Part shown: in pieces, positions 50,736 through 58,494 of the stretch
How positions within the stretch are numbered: the first letter of the stretch is position 1
How the letters are laid out: every line of letters begins with the position of its first letter
IMG/VR virus record: IMGVR_UViG_3300044630_005137
Coordinates: 32,001 to 96,000 of that record
Direction: 5' to 3' (one strand)
From: a virus
Length of the DNA stretch: 64,000 bases
Translations under genes and position numbers: made by a program
The notes under the pieces: generated by a model
Database searches by the model: none
What the model saw: the letters and a program-made list of their open reading frames with translations, nothing else
What the model was told of the DNA's origin: nothing

Positions 50736-51421
50736 GGCTTTATATCACCAGTATGCTCAAGTATCTGCCAAAAGAATGGTGACGTATATCTTCCTCCAGA
50801 AATAATTGGTCTAACTCCGTGAATATAACCTTTATCACCTGGGAAAAAGTATGCTGATCCGCCAACGGGTTTAAATTCTATTCCTTGAACAGGGAAAAAC
50901 AATTCTCCTCCTTCGTAATCATCGTTAAAATAAAATAATGAAGCGATATCGTAATGAGGAAAATCATTAGGTGTACCTGCGTCTGGGCCTTCATGCAGCT
51001 CTTTGTCTGCATGAGGATCTTGTCTTGATCCTACAGGCCATCTAACAATTGCTGGTCCTGTAGCCTGAACCTTTACATTAAAAAACTTTTCTACCTCTAC
51101 TTGCAGTCTTGATATAAGATTATCAACAACATATACAATATCTGGATCTGCGGAAATTTCCATAGATTTACGTGTGCAAACTCTATCGAACCATGCGTTT
51201 GCATCATAGATTACTGTACCATTTTCATTTACGTGAGAATCAGTAATATCCCATGTTTTATTGGTTTTTGCAAAGTTGGTGAGTCTTGTTCTTTCTTGGT
51301 CTGTTAAAAAGTTTTTTAGCTCTACAATATTTTCTGGACCTGTGCCAAAAAAGCCAGATGGTGTTATGGACCCTAGAGATCTGTAGTCATGAGTGTTATT
51401 AGTATTTAATCTTTGTTCCAT
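50732..51421 (-). CDS. Prolyl-hydroxylase-like 2OG-Fe(II) oxygenase
   Basis: HAD...YFNDDYEGGEL...HGV...GRY; start moved to ATG 51421 (MEQRL). Confidence 0.9.
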   Translation of the reverse strand: MEQRLNTNNTHDYRSLGSITPSGFFGTGPENIVELKNFLTDQERTRLTNFAKTNKTWDITDSHVNENGTVIYDANAWFDRVCTRKSMEISADPDIVYVVDNLISRLQVEVEKFFNVKVQATGPAIVRWPVGSRQDPHADKELHEGPDAGTPNDFPHYDIASLFYFNDDYEGGELFFPVQGIEFKPVGGSAYFFPGDKGYIHGVRPIISGGRYTSPFFWQILEHTGDIKP

Positions 51422-51422
51422 A

Positions 51423-52142
51423 TTATTTATACTTCCTTCTTGTCCAAAATCTTTTTTTATAGACTCCACCTTCTGGTGTTCTAAAAATTTCTGATGTTTC
51501 CATTGCTTTTTGCATAATATCAATTGGCTTATGAAATATCAACTCTGATTCCCAGTCTTCCCTTTTAAATGGTATTATCTGCAAATATGGTGTTCCTGCA
51601 GGTACAATCCCAGCAAATCCATTTTTTATAAAAAATGGTATTAATCCAGATGTTGTAACCTTATCACTGTCTATTATACCACCGACTGTAAGCCAAGGTA
51701 AGTCAAAATGATTTATCGGCTGTATGTATAAGGAGCTATATCCTTCTGGAAGCTGTGGAGCCCAATTGGCATACCAATGAAAATGATTTTTTTCATAACC
51801 AGGAGGAACTTGAAATCCAGTAGACTCTGGTCTTTCTCCTACAAAATCATCAAATTTTAAAGGCACCTTTGCTTTTATCCTATTGTTTTTTTCATAAAAT
51901 TCTATGTCGCATGGGGTTACAAGTGTATATCCAGATGTAAATGTATCTAGCATGGCTGGACATGCTTTAAAGTTTAGCATTTTGCCGCCGTCTTTATTTG
52001 CATTAGAAACTGGATTCCCATAAAAATCTTTTATATATATGTCAGCATCTTGCCACCACTTAGGAATAACTCTTGCAGCTGGGCATGGAGCGGTTTCGAC
52101 ATCATTGTAATGCTTGTTTGAATGAAATATTATTTTGTTCAT
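51423..52142 (-). CDS. Uncharacterised dUTPase-fold-like protein (DUF6065-related)
   Basis: KACPA..D....GY....PCDI, GIIDSD and GTP..QIIPFKRE resemble dUTPase-like beta-clip motifs. Confidence 0.55.
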   Translation of the reverse strand: MNKIIFHSNKHYNDVETAPCPAARVIPKWWQDADIYIKDFYGNPVSNANKDGGKMLNFKACPAMLDTFTSGYTLVTPCDIEFYEKNNRIKAKVPLKFDDFVGERPESTGFQVPPGYEKNHFHWYANWAPQLPEGYSSLYIQPINHFDLPWLTVGGIIDSDKVTTSGLIPFFIKNGFAGIVPAGTPYLQIIPFKREDWESELIFHKPIDIMQKAMETSEIFRTPEGGVYKKRFWTRRKYK

Positions 52143-52873
52143 TGGGGTATTCCACAGCCTTCTGGTCCAGTTAAAGAAGTTTCATCATTTTTTAATCGTA
52201 ACGATTTTACTTCATGAGATCCTATTTTATTGTTTTTATGGTCTACAGCATTTCTGTAAAAATCAGTCCACTTTCCAGATTTATTAATATCGCTAACAAT
52301 TTTGCCATAGTCTTCTTTTGGAAAAAAATCTATTGGTAAATCCTTATATCCTTTTATTGTTGCTACTGAATTGTTTAAATTAGATAAAGATATTGGGATA
52401 ATTGATGCAACTGGAGTATTTGCTGGAATAGTAATAACTTCATTGGCCTTTGTTATTCTCCATGCAATTGGAAAAGTGCCTTTAAAAAACGAAGTGCTTA
52501 TTAGTGTTGTAAAAGGCCAAACACCATCTATTGGCCAGTTTGGTGTTGGCATTGCTAGCATGCTTACATTTTCTTCAGTTTTTATAACTAAATTTGTATT
52601 AAAGCTAATTGTTGCATTGGCTCTTGATGTTGAAACGTAATCCTTACCTTTTAAAACTTTAACGTGAGTGTCTGTTGAATCTGATATGCCGTCCCAAATA
52701 AATTCAATATCTACTGGAAAAGAAACTCCCCATCCCAAGGTATTTGAAAGGCTTACTGGAAAACAATGATAGGCATGCTTATCAGATGTTTCATCCATCC
52801 ATTCTCTTTTTACTCCTAGAGGCTGAATATCTGCTGATTGATTTGGATAAACTTTGTATACATCAAAGTTCAT
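52139..52873 (-). CDS. DUF6065-like protein
   Basis: REWMD.T..KHAY.C.P....N..GW motif, recognised from memory as DUF6065. Confidence 0.65.
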   Translation of the reverse strand: MNFDVYKVYPNQSADIQPLGVKREWMDETSDKHAYHCFPVSLSNTLGWGVSFPVDIEFIWDGISDSTDTHVKVLKGKDYVSTSRANATISFNTNLVIKTEENVSMLAMPTPNWPIDGVWPFTTLISTSFFKGTFPIAWRITKANEVITIPANTPVASIIPISLSNLNNSVATIKGYKDLPIDFFPKEDYGKIVSDINKSGKWTDFYRNAVDHKNNKIGSHEVKSLRLKNDETSLTGPEGCGIPQ

Positions 52874-53514
52874 CAGTACCCATCTTTCATTGATTTATCA
52901 GACATAAACTGTCTATAAAAAGACTCTGTATGAGTTGCATCGTTATAATCTGTCATAGTAACAATTGAATATTTTAGTCCAGATTTTACTGGAAGGGCGG
53001 CATGAGAGAACAAATATGTAGATGGGAATATATACAGATCTCCAGCCTTTGGCTTAATAGTTAAATCCAGTTTATCAAATCTTAATCCGCCTTCTTCATA
53101 ATCATCATTAATATAAGCAACCATTGATACTGTTGATATATATGACCAACCATGATCTGAATGATAAGAGAAATGTTGACCTTCTCCATATTTAATAAAA
53201 TTCATTGCTTCCCAATATTTTAATTCAATATTGTAAAAAGAAGAATAATCATTTAATGCAATTGCCTGTGCATCATAAACATCTTGCCAAATTGCATCTA
53301 CTTCTTGATTGTATTTATCAGGAATATGGTTTTCAAATTTTTTCCATTTAAAGTCTACACAGTCTCTATAGTCAGGCATTTTTTCTCTATATCCGACGGT
53401 TGCTTCTTTCCAAGTATGCATTCCTTTAGAATCAAGTATTGCACTTTCAAGCCTGTTGATTATATCCATTTCTGGAGTAATTACATTTCTATAAACCCAA
53501 AGTCCTGGGAACAA
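52873..53514 (-). CDS. Prolyl-4-hydroxylase-like 2OG-Fe(II) oxygenase (start uncertain)
   Basis: HSD...YINDDYEEGGL...KPKAGD..IFPS...SHAA.PV..GLKY. Confidence 0.9.
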   Translation of the reverse strand: MFPGLWVYRNVITPEMDIINRLESAILDSKGMHTWKEATVGYREKMPDYRDCVDFKWKKFENHIPDKYNQEVDAIWQDVYDAQAIALNDYSSFYNIELKYWEAMNFIKYGEGQHFSYHSDHGWSYISTVSMVAYINDDYEEGGLRFDKLDLTIKPKAGDLYIFPSTYLFSHAALPVKSGLKYSIVTMTDYNDATHTESFYRQFMSDKSMKDGY

Positions 53515-53521
53515 CTCTTCT

Positions 53522-53764
53522 TTATTGTAAATTTTCTTTTCCCCATTTTCCTACAGGACATTCAGCTTCGGCAAGTTGAACTTTGATTGGCATAATACAA
53601 TTACATTTTGAACATTGTGTAGTTTTTAAATAAAATTCGCAGCCTTTACAAATACTTAATCTATTTTCAGCAATCTTATTGTCTGAAACATGCCTATTGG
53701 GATCAAATATGTGCCATGGGCGTGTGTCACCTACGGCTTTTTTCCATTCTTCCCATTTAGACAT
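53522..53764 (-). CDS. Small Cys-rich protein (DUF6171-like)
   Basis: RLSICKGC...QCSKCNC.M..K......CP.GKW; start at ATG 53764, TAATG-coupled to the upstream gene. Confidence 0.7.
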   Translation of the reverse strand: MSKWEEWKKAVGDTRPWHIFDPNRHVSDNKIAENRLSICKGCEFYLKTTQCSKCNCIMPIKVQLAEAECPVGKWGKENLQ

Positions 53765-54252
53765 TATGCTGTGTAGGTAAAGTTTGTGCCGTCCCAAATG
53801 TAACCAACTGTTACGCTTGCGTCTTGATCTATTTTTTTCAATGTTACATTTCCAGAAAATGCAGCTTCAAACTTTTCATCAAGTATGCTGCCTTTGATTG
53901 GAGCCATCATAAAAAATACTTTATTGTTGCATAACAAAGTATATCCAGAAAGAATTGATGTTCCATCTATAGAAGAATATCTTACCCCAGACTCCCCTTC
54001 AGTTCCTATAAATTCTTCTGGAATAGGATTTGGCAATGTAAAATTTAATCCATCCCATGTACTACCAATTAATAATCCAGGCTTTTCATTTGCTGCTTGG
54101 CCAACAATAGTGTAACCAGAGTTTAGGGCTTCATCAATCCTGCTAACTCTTTCTAAAGATTCTGGCGTTTCGTCTGAAACTCTAATAACATGAAAAACTT
54201 CATAGTTGTTATTATCAATTTCAACTAACATAGCGTATTTATGTACAGTCAT
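53764..54252 (-). CDS. Protein with two internal IG.xWDGxxF units (fibre-associated hypothetical)
   Basis: LIGSTWDGLNF and TVGYIWDGTNF end two similar halves; RBS AAGGAG. Confidence 0.65.
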   Translation of the reverse strand: MTVHKYAMLVEIDNNNYEVFHVIRVSDETPESLERVSRIDEALNSGYTIVGQAANEKPGLLIGSTWDGLNFTLPNPIPEEFIGTEGESGVRYSSIDGTSILSGYTLLCNNKVFFMMAPIKGSILDEKFEAAFSGNVTLKKIDQDASVTVGYIWDGTNFTYTA

Positions 54253-54279
54253 TTAATCTCCTTAATTATTATATAGTAC

Positions 54280-54309
54280 ATTTTACTATATATTTAATAT
54301 TATTGTCAA
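54280..54309 (-). promoter_or_regulatory. Sigma70/SigA-type promoter heading the oxygenase cassette
   Basis: TTGACA-18 nt-TAAAAT, with a second TATAAT at 54268-54273. Confidence 0.65.
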
Positions 54310-54321
54310 TAGCGGTACTAT

Positions 54322-55395
54322 TTAGAACTCGCATTGACATCCTCCAGTATAGAATCCAGACCATCCTGATCCGTATACTGCGGCACAGTTTCCACCGCAA
54401 CCTCCGCCAACAAAGTGTGGTGGGAAGAATGGTGGGAAGAATGGTGGGAAGTGTGGTGGGAAGAACGGTGGGAAGTGTGGTGGGAAGAACGGTGGGAAGA
54501 ACGGTGGGAAGAATGGTGGGAAGAACGGTGGGAAATGTGGAGGGAAGAACGGTGGGAAGTGTGGTGGGAAGAACGGTGGGAAGAACGGTGGGAAGAACGG
54601 TGGGAAGAACGGTGGGAAGTGTGGTGGGAAGAACGGTGGGAAGTGTGGTGGGAAGAACGGTGGGAAGAATGGTGGGAAGTGTGGTGGGAAGAACGGTGGG
54701 AAGTGTGGTGGGAAGAACGGTGGGAAGAACGGTGGGAAGTGTGGTGGGAAGAACGGTGGGAAGAACGGTGGGAAGTGTGGAGGTGTAAATGTTTCTACAG
54801 TTCCAGTTGTTGTACCTAAAGATTGTCCATTTGCATTTGATGCGTAAACAGTATAAGTTTCAGAGTTTGGAGATGCTGTATCAAATGGAGATGTTGCTGC
54901 TGAGGATAAAGATCCCCGAATACTAGAAGTAATTTGAAAAGTAGTTATTGCGCTTCCACCAGTAGCATTTGCAGAAAAAGTAATTCTGTCATTTCCAGAA
55001 GCTGGGACTGGGCTTGGCCCAGGGGTACTTGTTGAAACAGTTGCACTTGGAGCTTGTGGAACTGTGGTGGCAGTTATTGATCCAGATGTTGTTGCTTGAG
55101 ATGAGCCAGCAGCGTTAGAGGCAACAACTGTAAATGTATATGCCGTTGCACTTAATAATCCTGTAAAGGTATAACTAGTACTAGAAGTAGTTTGTGTTGT
55201 TGTTGCTGGGGTTGATGTAATGGTATAAAGTGTTGCTGGGGGTGATGCGGCTGGCAAAGACCATGTAAGAGATGCTGCGCCATTATTATATGCCCGCCCA
55301 GTACCCACATTTGTTGCAGTTAAGGAAGTAACTGCACTTGGTTCTAAGAAATTATCCTGTGCTGAGGATTTTCTACCTATTTTCTTATTTGCCAT
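54322..55395 (-). CDS. Fn3-domain protein with 31 x PP(F/H)F repeats and a Cys/Gly-rich C-terminal peptide
   Basis: Two Fn3-like domains ([20 protein letters not shown]; TVYASNANG), the repeat, then [29 protein letters not shown]. Confidence 0.85.
   Translation of the reverse strand: MANKKIGRKSSAQDNFLEPSAVTSLTATNVGTGRAYNNGAASLTWSLPAASPPATLYTITSTPATTTQTTSSTSYTFTGLLSATAYTFTVVASNAAGSSQATTSGSITATTVPQAPSATVSTSTPGPSPVPASGNDRITFSANATGGSAITTFQITSSIRGSLSSAATSPFDTASPNSETYTVYASNANGQSLGTTTGTVETFTPPHFPPFFPPFFPPHFPPFFPPFFPPHFPPFFPPHFPPFFPPFFPPHFPPFFPPHFPPFFPPFFPPFFPPFFPPHFPPFFPPHFPPFFPPFFPPFFPPFFPPHFPPFFPPHFPPFFPPFFPPHFVGGGCGGNCAAVYGSGWSGFYTGGCQCEF
54412..54783 (-). repeat. 12-bp coding tandem repeat, 31 x PP(F/H)F
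   Basis: 372 bp, built from the same two DNA units as 11777-11980 with a few synonymous variants. Confidence 0.97.
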
Positions 55396-55423
55396 TTATT
55401 TAGCCCCTATCTTTATTTTTTAA

Positions 55424-58006
55424 TTATGCTGTCAAGTCTCCAGCTAGCAACCAAGTATTTATCGCTACCTTGGTAAGTGTTGCTGATGAATGTGTTGTTC
55501 TTAGTGTTAATCCTGGTGTGCGAAGAATTGTAACTGTACCATCTGCTGCTACAAAGTTTGCGCCAGTTCCTGATGCTTGGTAAAAATCAATTGATGTACC
55601 AATTGGGAAGGCTGTTGTTGCATTTGTTGGTATTGTAATTGCTCGTGCACCTGCAATTGGGATAAGCTGATCTCTTAGAGCAAGGCCACCTGTTGATAGG
55701 TTATATGCTGCTGAGATTTCAGTTCCAATTGTTGTAAGTGATGGGACACCAGCTTTTGTTTGAGTTCCATCTGTAAATGCTACTCCTGCTGCGGCAACTG
55801 TCACTGTACCAGTAAATGTTGGTGAGGCAAGTGGTGCTTTTAGGCCAAGACTTGTTGTTACAGATGTAGCAAAGTTTGCGTCATCTCCAAGTGCTGCAGC
55901 AAGTTCATCAAGTGTGTTAAGTGCTGCTGGAGCAGATGCAATTACTGCATTTACTTGTGCTGTTGCATCTGCAATTGCTTCTGCCTTAGCAGTTGCAATT
56001 GCTGAAGCCTGTGCTGTAGATACTGGTTTTGCTGTATCAGCTGTATTGTCAACAGATCCAAGCCCAACCATAGTTTTTGTAATTCCTGATACTGTACCAG
56101 TAAATGTTGGTGAGGCAATTGGGGCTTTTGCAGCAAGATCGGATGTGAGGCCTGAAATCTTAGACTGGGCAATTCCTGCTGAAGCGTTAATATCTCCATC
56201 TACGATTGTTCCGTTTGCAATCTTAGCTGAAGTTACTGCGCCATCTGCAATCTTTGATTCAGTAACTGAATCAACTGCAAGTTCTGAGCTAGTTACCGAT
56301 GCTGCAATAATTTCTGCAGTTCCAACTGAATCATCTGACATCATTGATTGAGTAATTGTATTTGCAGGAAGTGTTACTGTTCCTGTAAATGTTGGGGAAG
56401 CAAGTGGTGCTTTGGTATCAATTTGAGTCTGAATAGATGATGTTACTCCATCAAGGTAACCAATTTCAACATCTGAAACGTTGGCAACAACTGGCTGCTT
56501 AGTATTTAATTGAGTTTGAATTGCTGATGTTACTCCATCAAGGTAGCCAATTTCAACATCTGAAACGTTAGCTACAACTGCCTGCTTGGCATCTAGTTGT
56601 ATTTGAAGACCAGAAGTTACTCCGTTTAGGTAACCTATTTCTAGGTTGCTAACATCACCGATTGAGGTTGATCCTGGAAGTGTTACATTTCCAGTAAATG
56701 TTGGTGCTGCAAGTGGTGCGTAAGTTGAAGCAGCTGTTGCTGATGCTAACTTAGCATCAATTTGCCCCTGAATACCAGAGGTTACTCCGTTAACATATGC
56801 CAACTCAACGTTGCTGACATCACCGATTGAGGTTGTTGCTGGAAGAGTTACTGTGCCAGTTAGTGTCGGTGAAGCAAGTGGTGCGTAAGTTGAAGCAGCA
56901 ATTGTAGTTTCCAGCTTTGCATCAATTTGTCCCTGAATACCAGATGTTACTCCGTTTAGATACCCTATTTCTAGGTTGCTAACATCACCGATTGAAGTTG
57001 ATCCTGGAAGTGTTACTGTGCCAGTTAGTGTCGGTGAAGCAAGTGGTGCTTTAGCATCTAGCTGTACTTGAACACCAGAAGTTACTCCGTTTATGTATCC
57101 TAACTCAACGTTGCTGACATCACCGATTGAGGTTGTTGCTGGAAGAGTTACGTTTCCAGTGAATGTTGGTGATGCTAATGGAGCCTTTAAGCTAAGAGCA
57201 GTTGTAACAGTTCCTGCAAAATTTGCGTCATCATTAAGAGCTGCTGCTAATTCGTTTAATGTATTAAGCGATTCTGGTGAAGCAGATGTAAGTATACTTA
57301 CAGCTGCATCCGCATAAGCTTCAGCTTGAGTTTTTGCTGTTGCGATTGCTGTAGCAGTTGCGGTTGAAACAGGCTTATTTAAATCAGTTGTATTGTCAAC
57401 ATTTGCAAGGCCCACATCTGACTTAGTAATTCCAGTAGGGGTATTTATTACTGGAGATGTAAGAGTCTTATTTGTAAGAGTTTGTGATCCTGTTGTAGTT
57501 GCAAGGATGCTTGTATCCGCAATACCGTGAACAGATGTTGTATCTGCTTCATGTGTTGCAATTGCGGCTGAGATGGCTTCTGTTGCTGAAATAACTTTCC
57601 AGTTACCATCAGTGCTTGCAGGTGATGCAGACAAAACATATGTTGTTCCAGTATCTGACTGAATTGCAATGTCTCCAGATTCTGCTGTTAATGCTAATCT
57701 TGCTGCCTGGTTTGCAACAGCACTAACTGTTACTTTGGCAAGTGGGGGAAGTTGTGCTGAAGGGATAAATCCTGATGAATCCAGTGAAGCAACACCATTT
57801 GCAACACCTTTTGTACTTAAAAGAATATAATCGTCTACTGTTTGTGAGAGAGCATAACTTAGTGAGTTCCAAGCAGTGCTTCCATCTCCAAATTTAAATG
57901 TATTAGTATCTGTTTCAATACCAATTTCTCCAGCTGCTAGGGTTGGATTTGCTGCGACCCATTGAGCTTCTGTGCCTCTTCTTAACTGCAATCTTACTGT
58001 TGCCAT
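55424..58006 (-). CDS. Tail fibre protein (Mtd_N/hyaluronidase-type N-terminus, repeated shaft)
   Basis: RLQLRRGT.AQW.AANP.LA.GEIG.ETDT..FKFGDG; KAPLASPTFTG and SNVE.GY..GVTS..Q.Q.D repeats; C-terminus ...TWLLAGDL. Confidence 0.85.
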   Translation of the reverse strand: MATVRLQLRRGTEAQWVAANPTLAAGEIGIETDTNTFKFGDGSTAWNSLSYALSQTVDDYILLSTKGVANGVASLDSSGFIPSAQLPPLAKVTVSAVANQAARLALTAESGDIAIQSDTGTTYVLSASPASTDGNWKVISATEAISAAIATHEADTTSVHGIADTSILATTTGSQTLTNKTLTSPVINTPTGITKSDVGLANVDNTTDLNKPVSTATATAIATAKTQAEAYADAAVSILTSASPESLNTLNELAAALNDDANFAGTVTTALSLKAPLASPTFTGNVTLPATTSIGDVSNVELGYINGVTSGVQVQLDAKAPLASPTLTGTVTLPGSTSIGDVSNLEIGYLNGVTSGIQGQIDAKLETTIAASTYAPLASPTLTGTVTLPATTSIGDVSNVELAYVNGVTSGIQGQIDAKLASATAASTYAPLAAPTFTGNVTLPGSTSIGDVSNLEIGYLNGVTSGLQIQLDAKQAVVANVSDVEIGYLDGVTSAIQTQLNTKQPVVANVSDVEIGYLDGVTSSIQTQIDTKAPLASPTFTGTVTLPANTITQSMMSDDSVGTAEIIAASVTSSELAVDSVTESKIADGAVTSAKIANGTIVDGDINASAGIAQSKISGLTSDLAAKAPIASPTFTGTVSGITKTMVGLGSVDNTADTAKPVSTAQASAIATAKAEAIADATAQVNAVIASAPAALNTLDELAAALGDDANFATSVTTSLGLKAPLASPTFTGTVTVAAAGVAFTDGTQTKAGVPSLTTIGTEISAAYNLSTGGLALRDQLIPIAGARAITIPTNATTAFPIGTSIDFYQASGTGANFVAADGTVTILRTPGLTLRTTHSSATLTKVAINTWLLAGDLTA

Positions 58007-58041
58007 TTTATTACCCCTTATATATTTTATTTATACTGCTT

Positions 58042-58050
58042 ATTGTATCA
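58042..58050 (-). promoter_or_regulatory. Extended -10 promoter TGATACAAT
   Basis: Motif copy upstream of the tail fibre and PP(F/H)F genes. Confidence 0.6.
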
Positions 58051-58059
58051 TTTATTGCT

Positions 58060-58425
58060 TTAAGATATAGATCCAGAGTCAAAAACCATTGAAACGTCAG
58101 CATCTGTAGATGATGGGGATCCACCATCTACAAACTTGCTTGTTCCATCAGGAGTAACTCCATTTGCCTGAACTGTGTATATTGGCTGTCCGTTATAGTC
58201 AATGGCTAGACCAATATCCATAAAAGTAACCTGTGTACTTGTATCTGGAATATCTGAATTAAAAGCTATTGGAACCCATGTTCCATTTAGCTGTATTTGT
58301 AGCTTGTTTGTTGCTGTATCAAATCTAAGGGGTGTTGTTCCTAAAACGACGTTAGACCCAAATGTGGCAGTGCCTGCTACATTGAGTCCATTTTTTACTT
58401 TAAAATTCTTATTATCTGTTGCCAT
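58060..58425 (-). CDS. Small virion fibre-associated protein
   Basis: Shares the N-terminal MAT.NKNF..KNGL with the 574-aa fibre. Confidence 0.65.
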   Translation of the reverse strand: MATDNKNFKVKNGLNVAGTATFGSNVVLGTTPLRFDTATNKLQIQLNGTWVPIAFNSDIPDTSTQVTFMDIGLAIDYNGQPIYTVQANGVTPDGTSKFVDGGSPSSTDADVSMVFDSGSIS

Positions 58426-58448
58426 TTAAGTTCACATATCCCCTAAGT

Positions 58449-58484
58449 GTTTTGGTGGGGGATTTTTAAGGAATCCCCCAAAAC
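58449..58484 (-). terminator. Hairpin (terminator-like) after the Ala-rich fibre gene
   Basis: TGGGGGATT / AATCCCCCA stem with flanking GTTTT/AAAAC. Confidence 0.55.
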
Positions 58485-58494
58485 CTTTATTTAA

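Noticed and set aside
53530-53546. -1 slippery heptamers (G GGA AAA, A AAT TTA) at the end of the Cys-rich gene
   Set aside because: A -1 shift enters a frame that stops within about 20 codons. The oxygenase is in the +1 frame.
54412-54783. G-quadruplex function of the plus-strand GGTGGGAAG repeats
   Set aside because: The G-runs follow directly from Phe-Pro-Pro codons and the loops are long, so there is no independent evidence.
54303-54819. Plus-strand ORFs reading (WEER/WEVW)n and (VGRT/VGSV)n
   Set aside because: They are antisense shadows of the stop-free 12-bp repeat. They have no RBS, and all real genes are on the minus strand.
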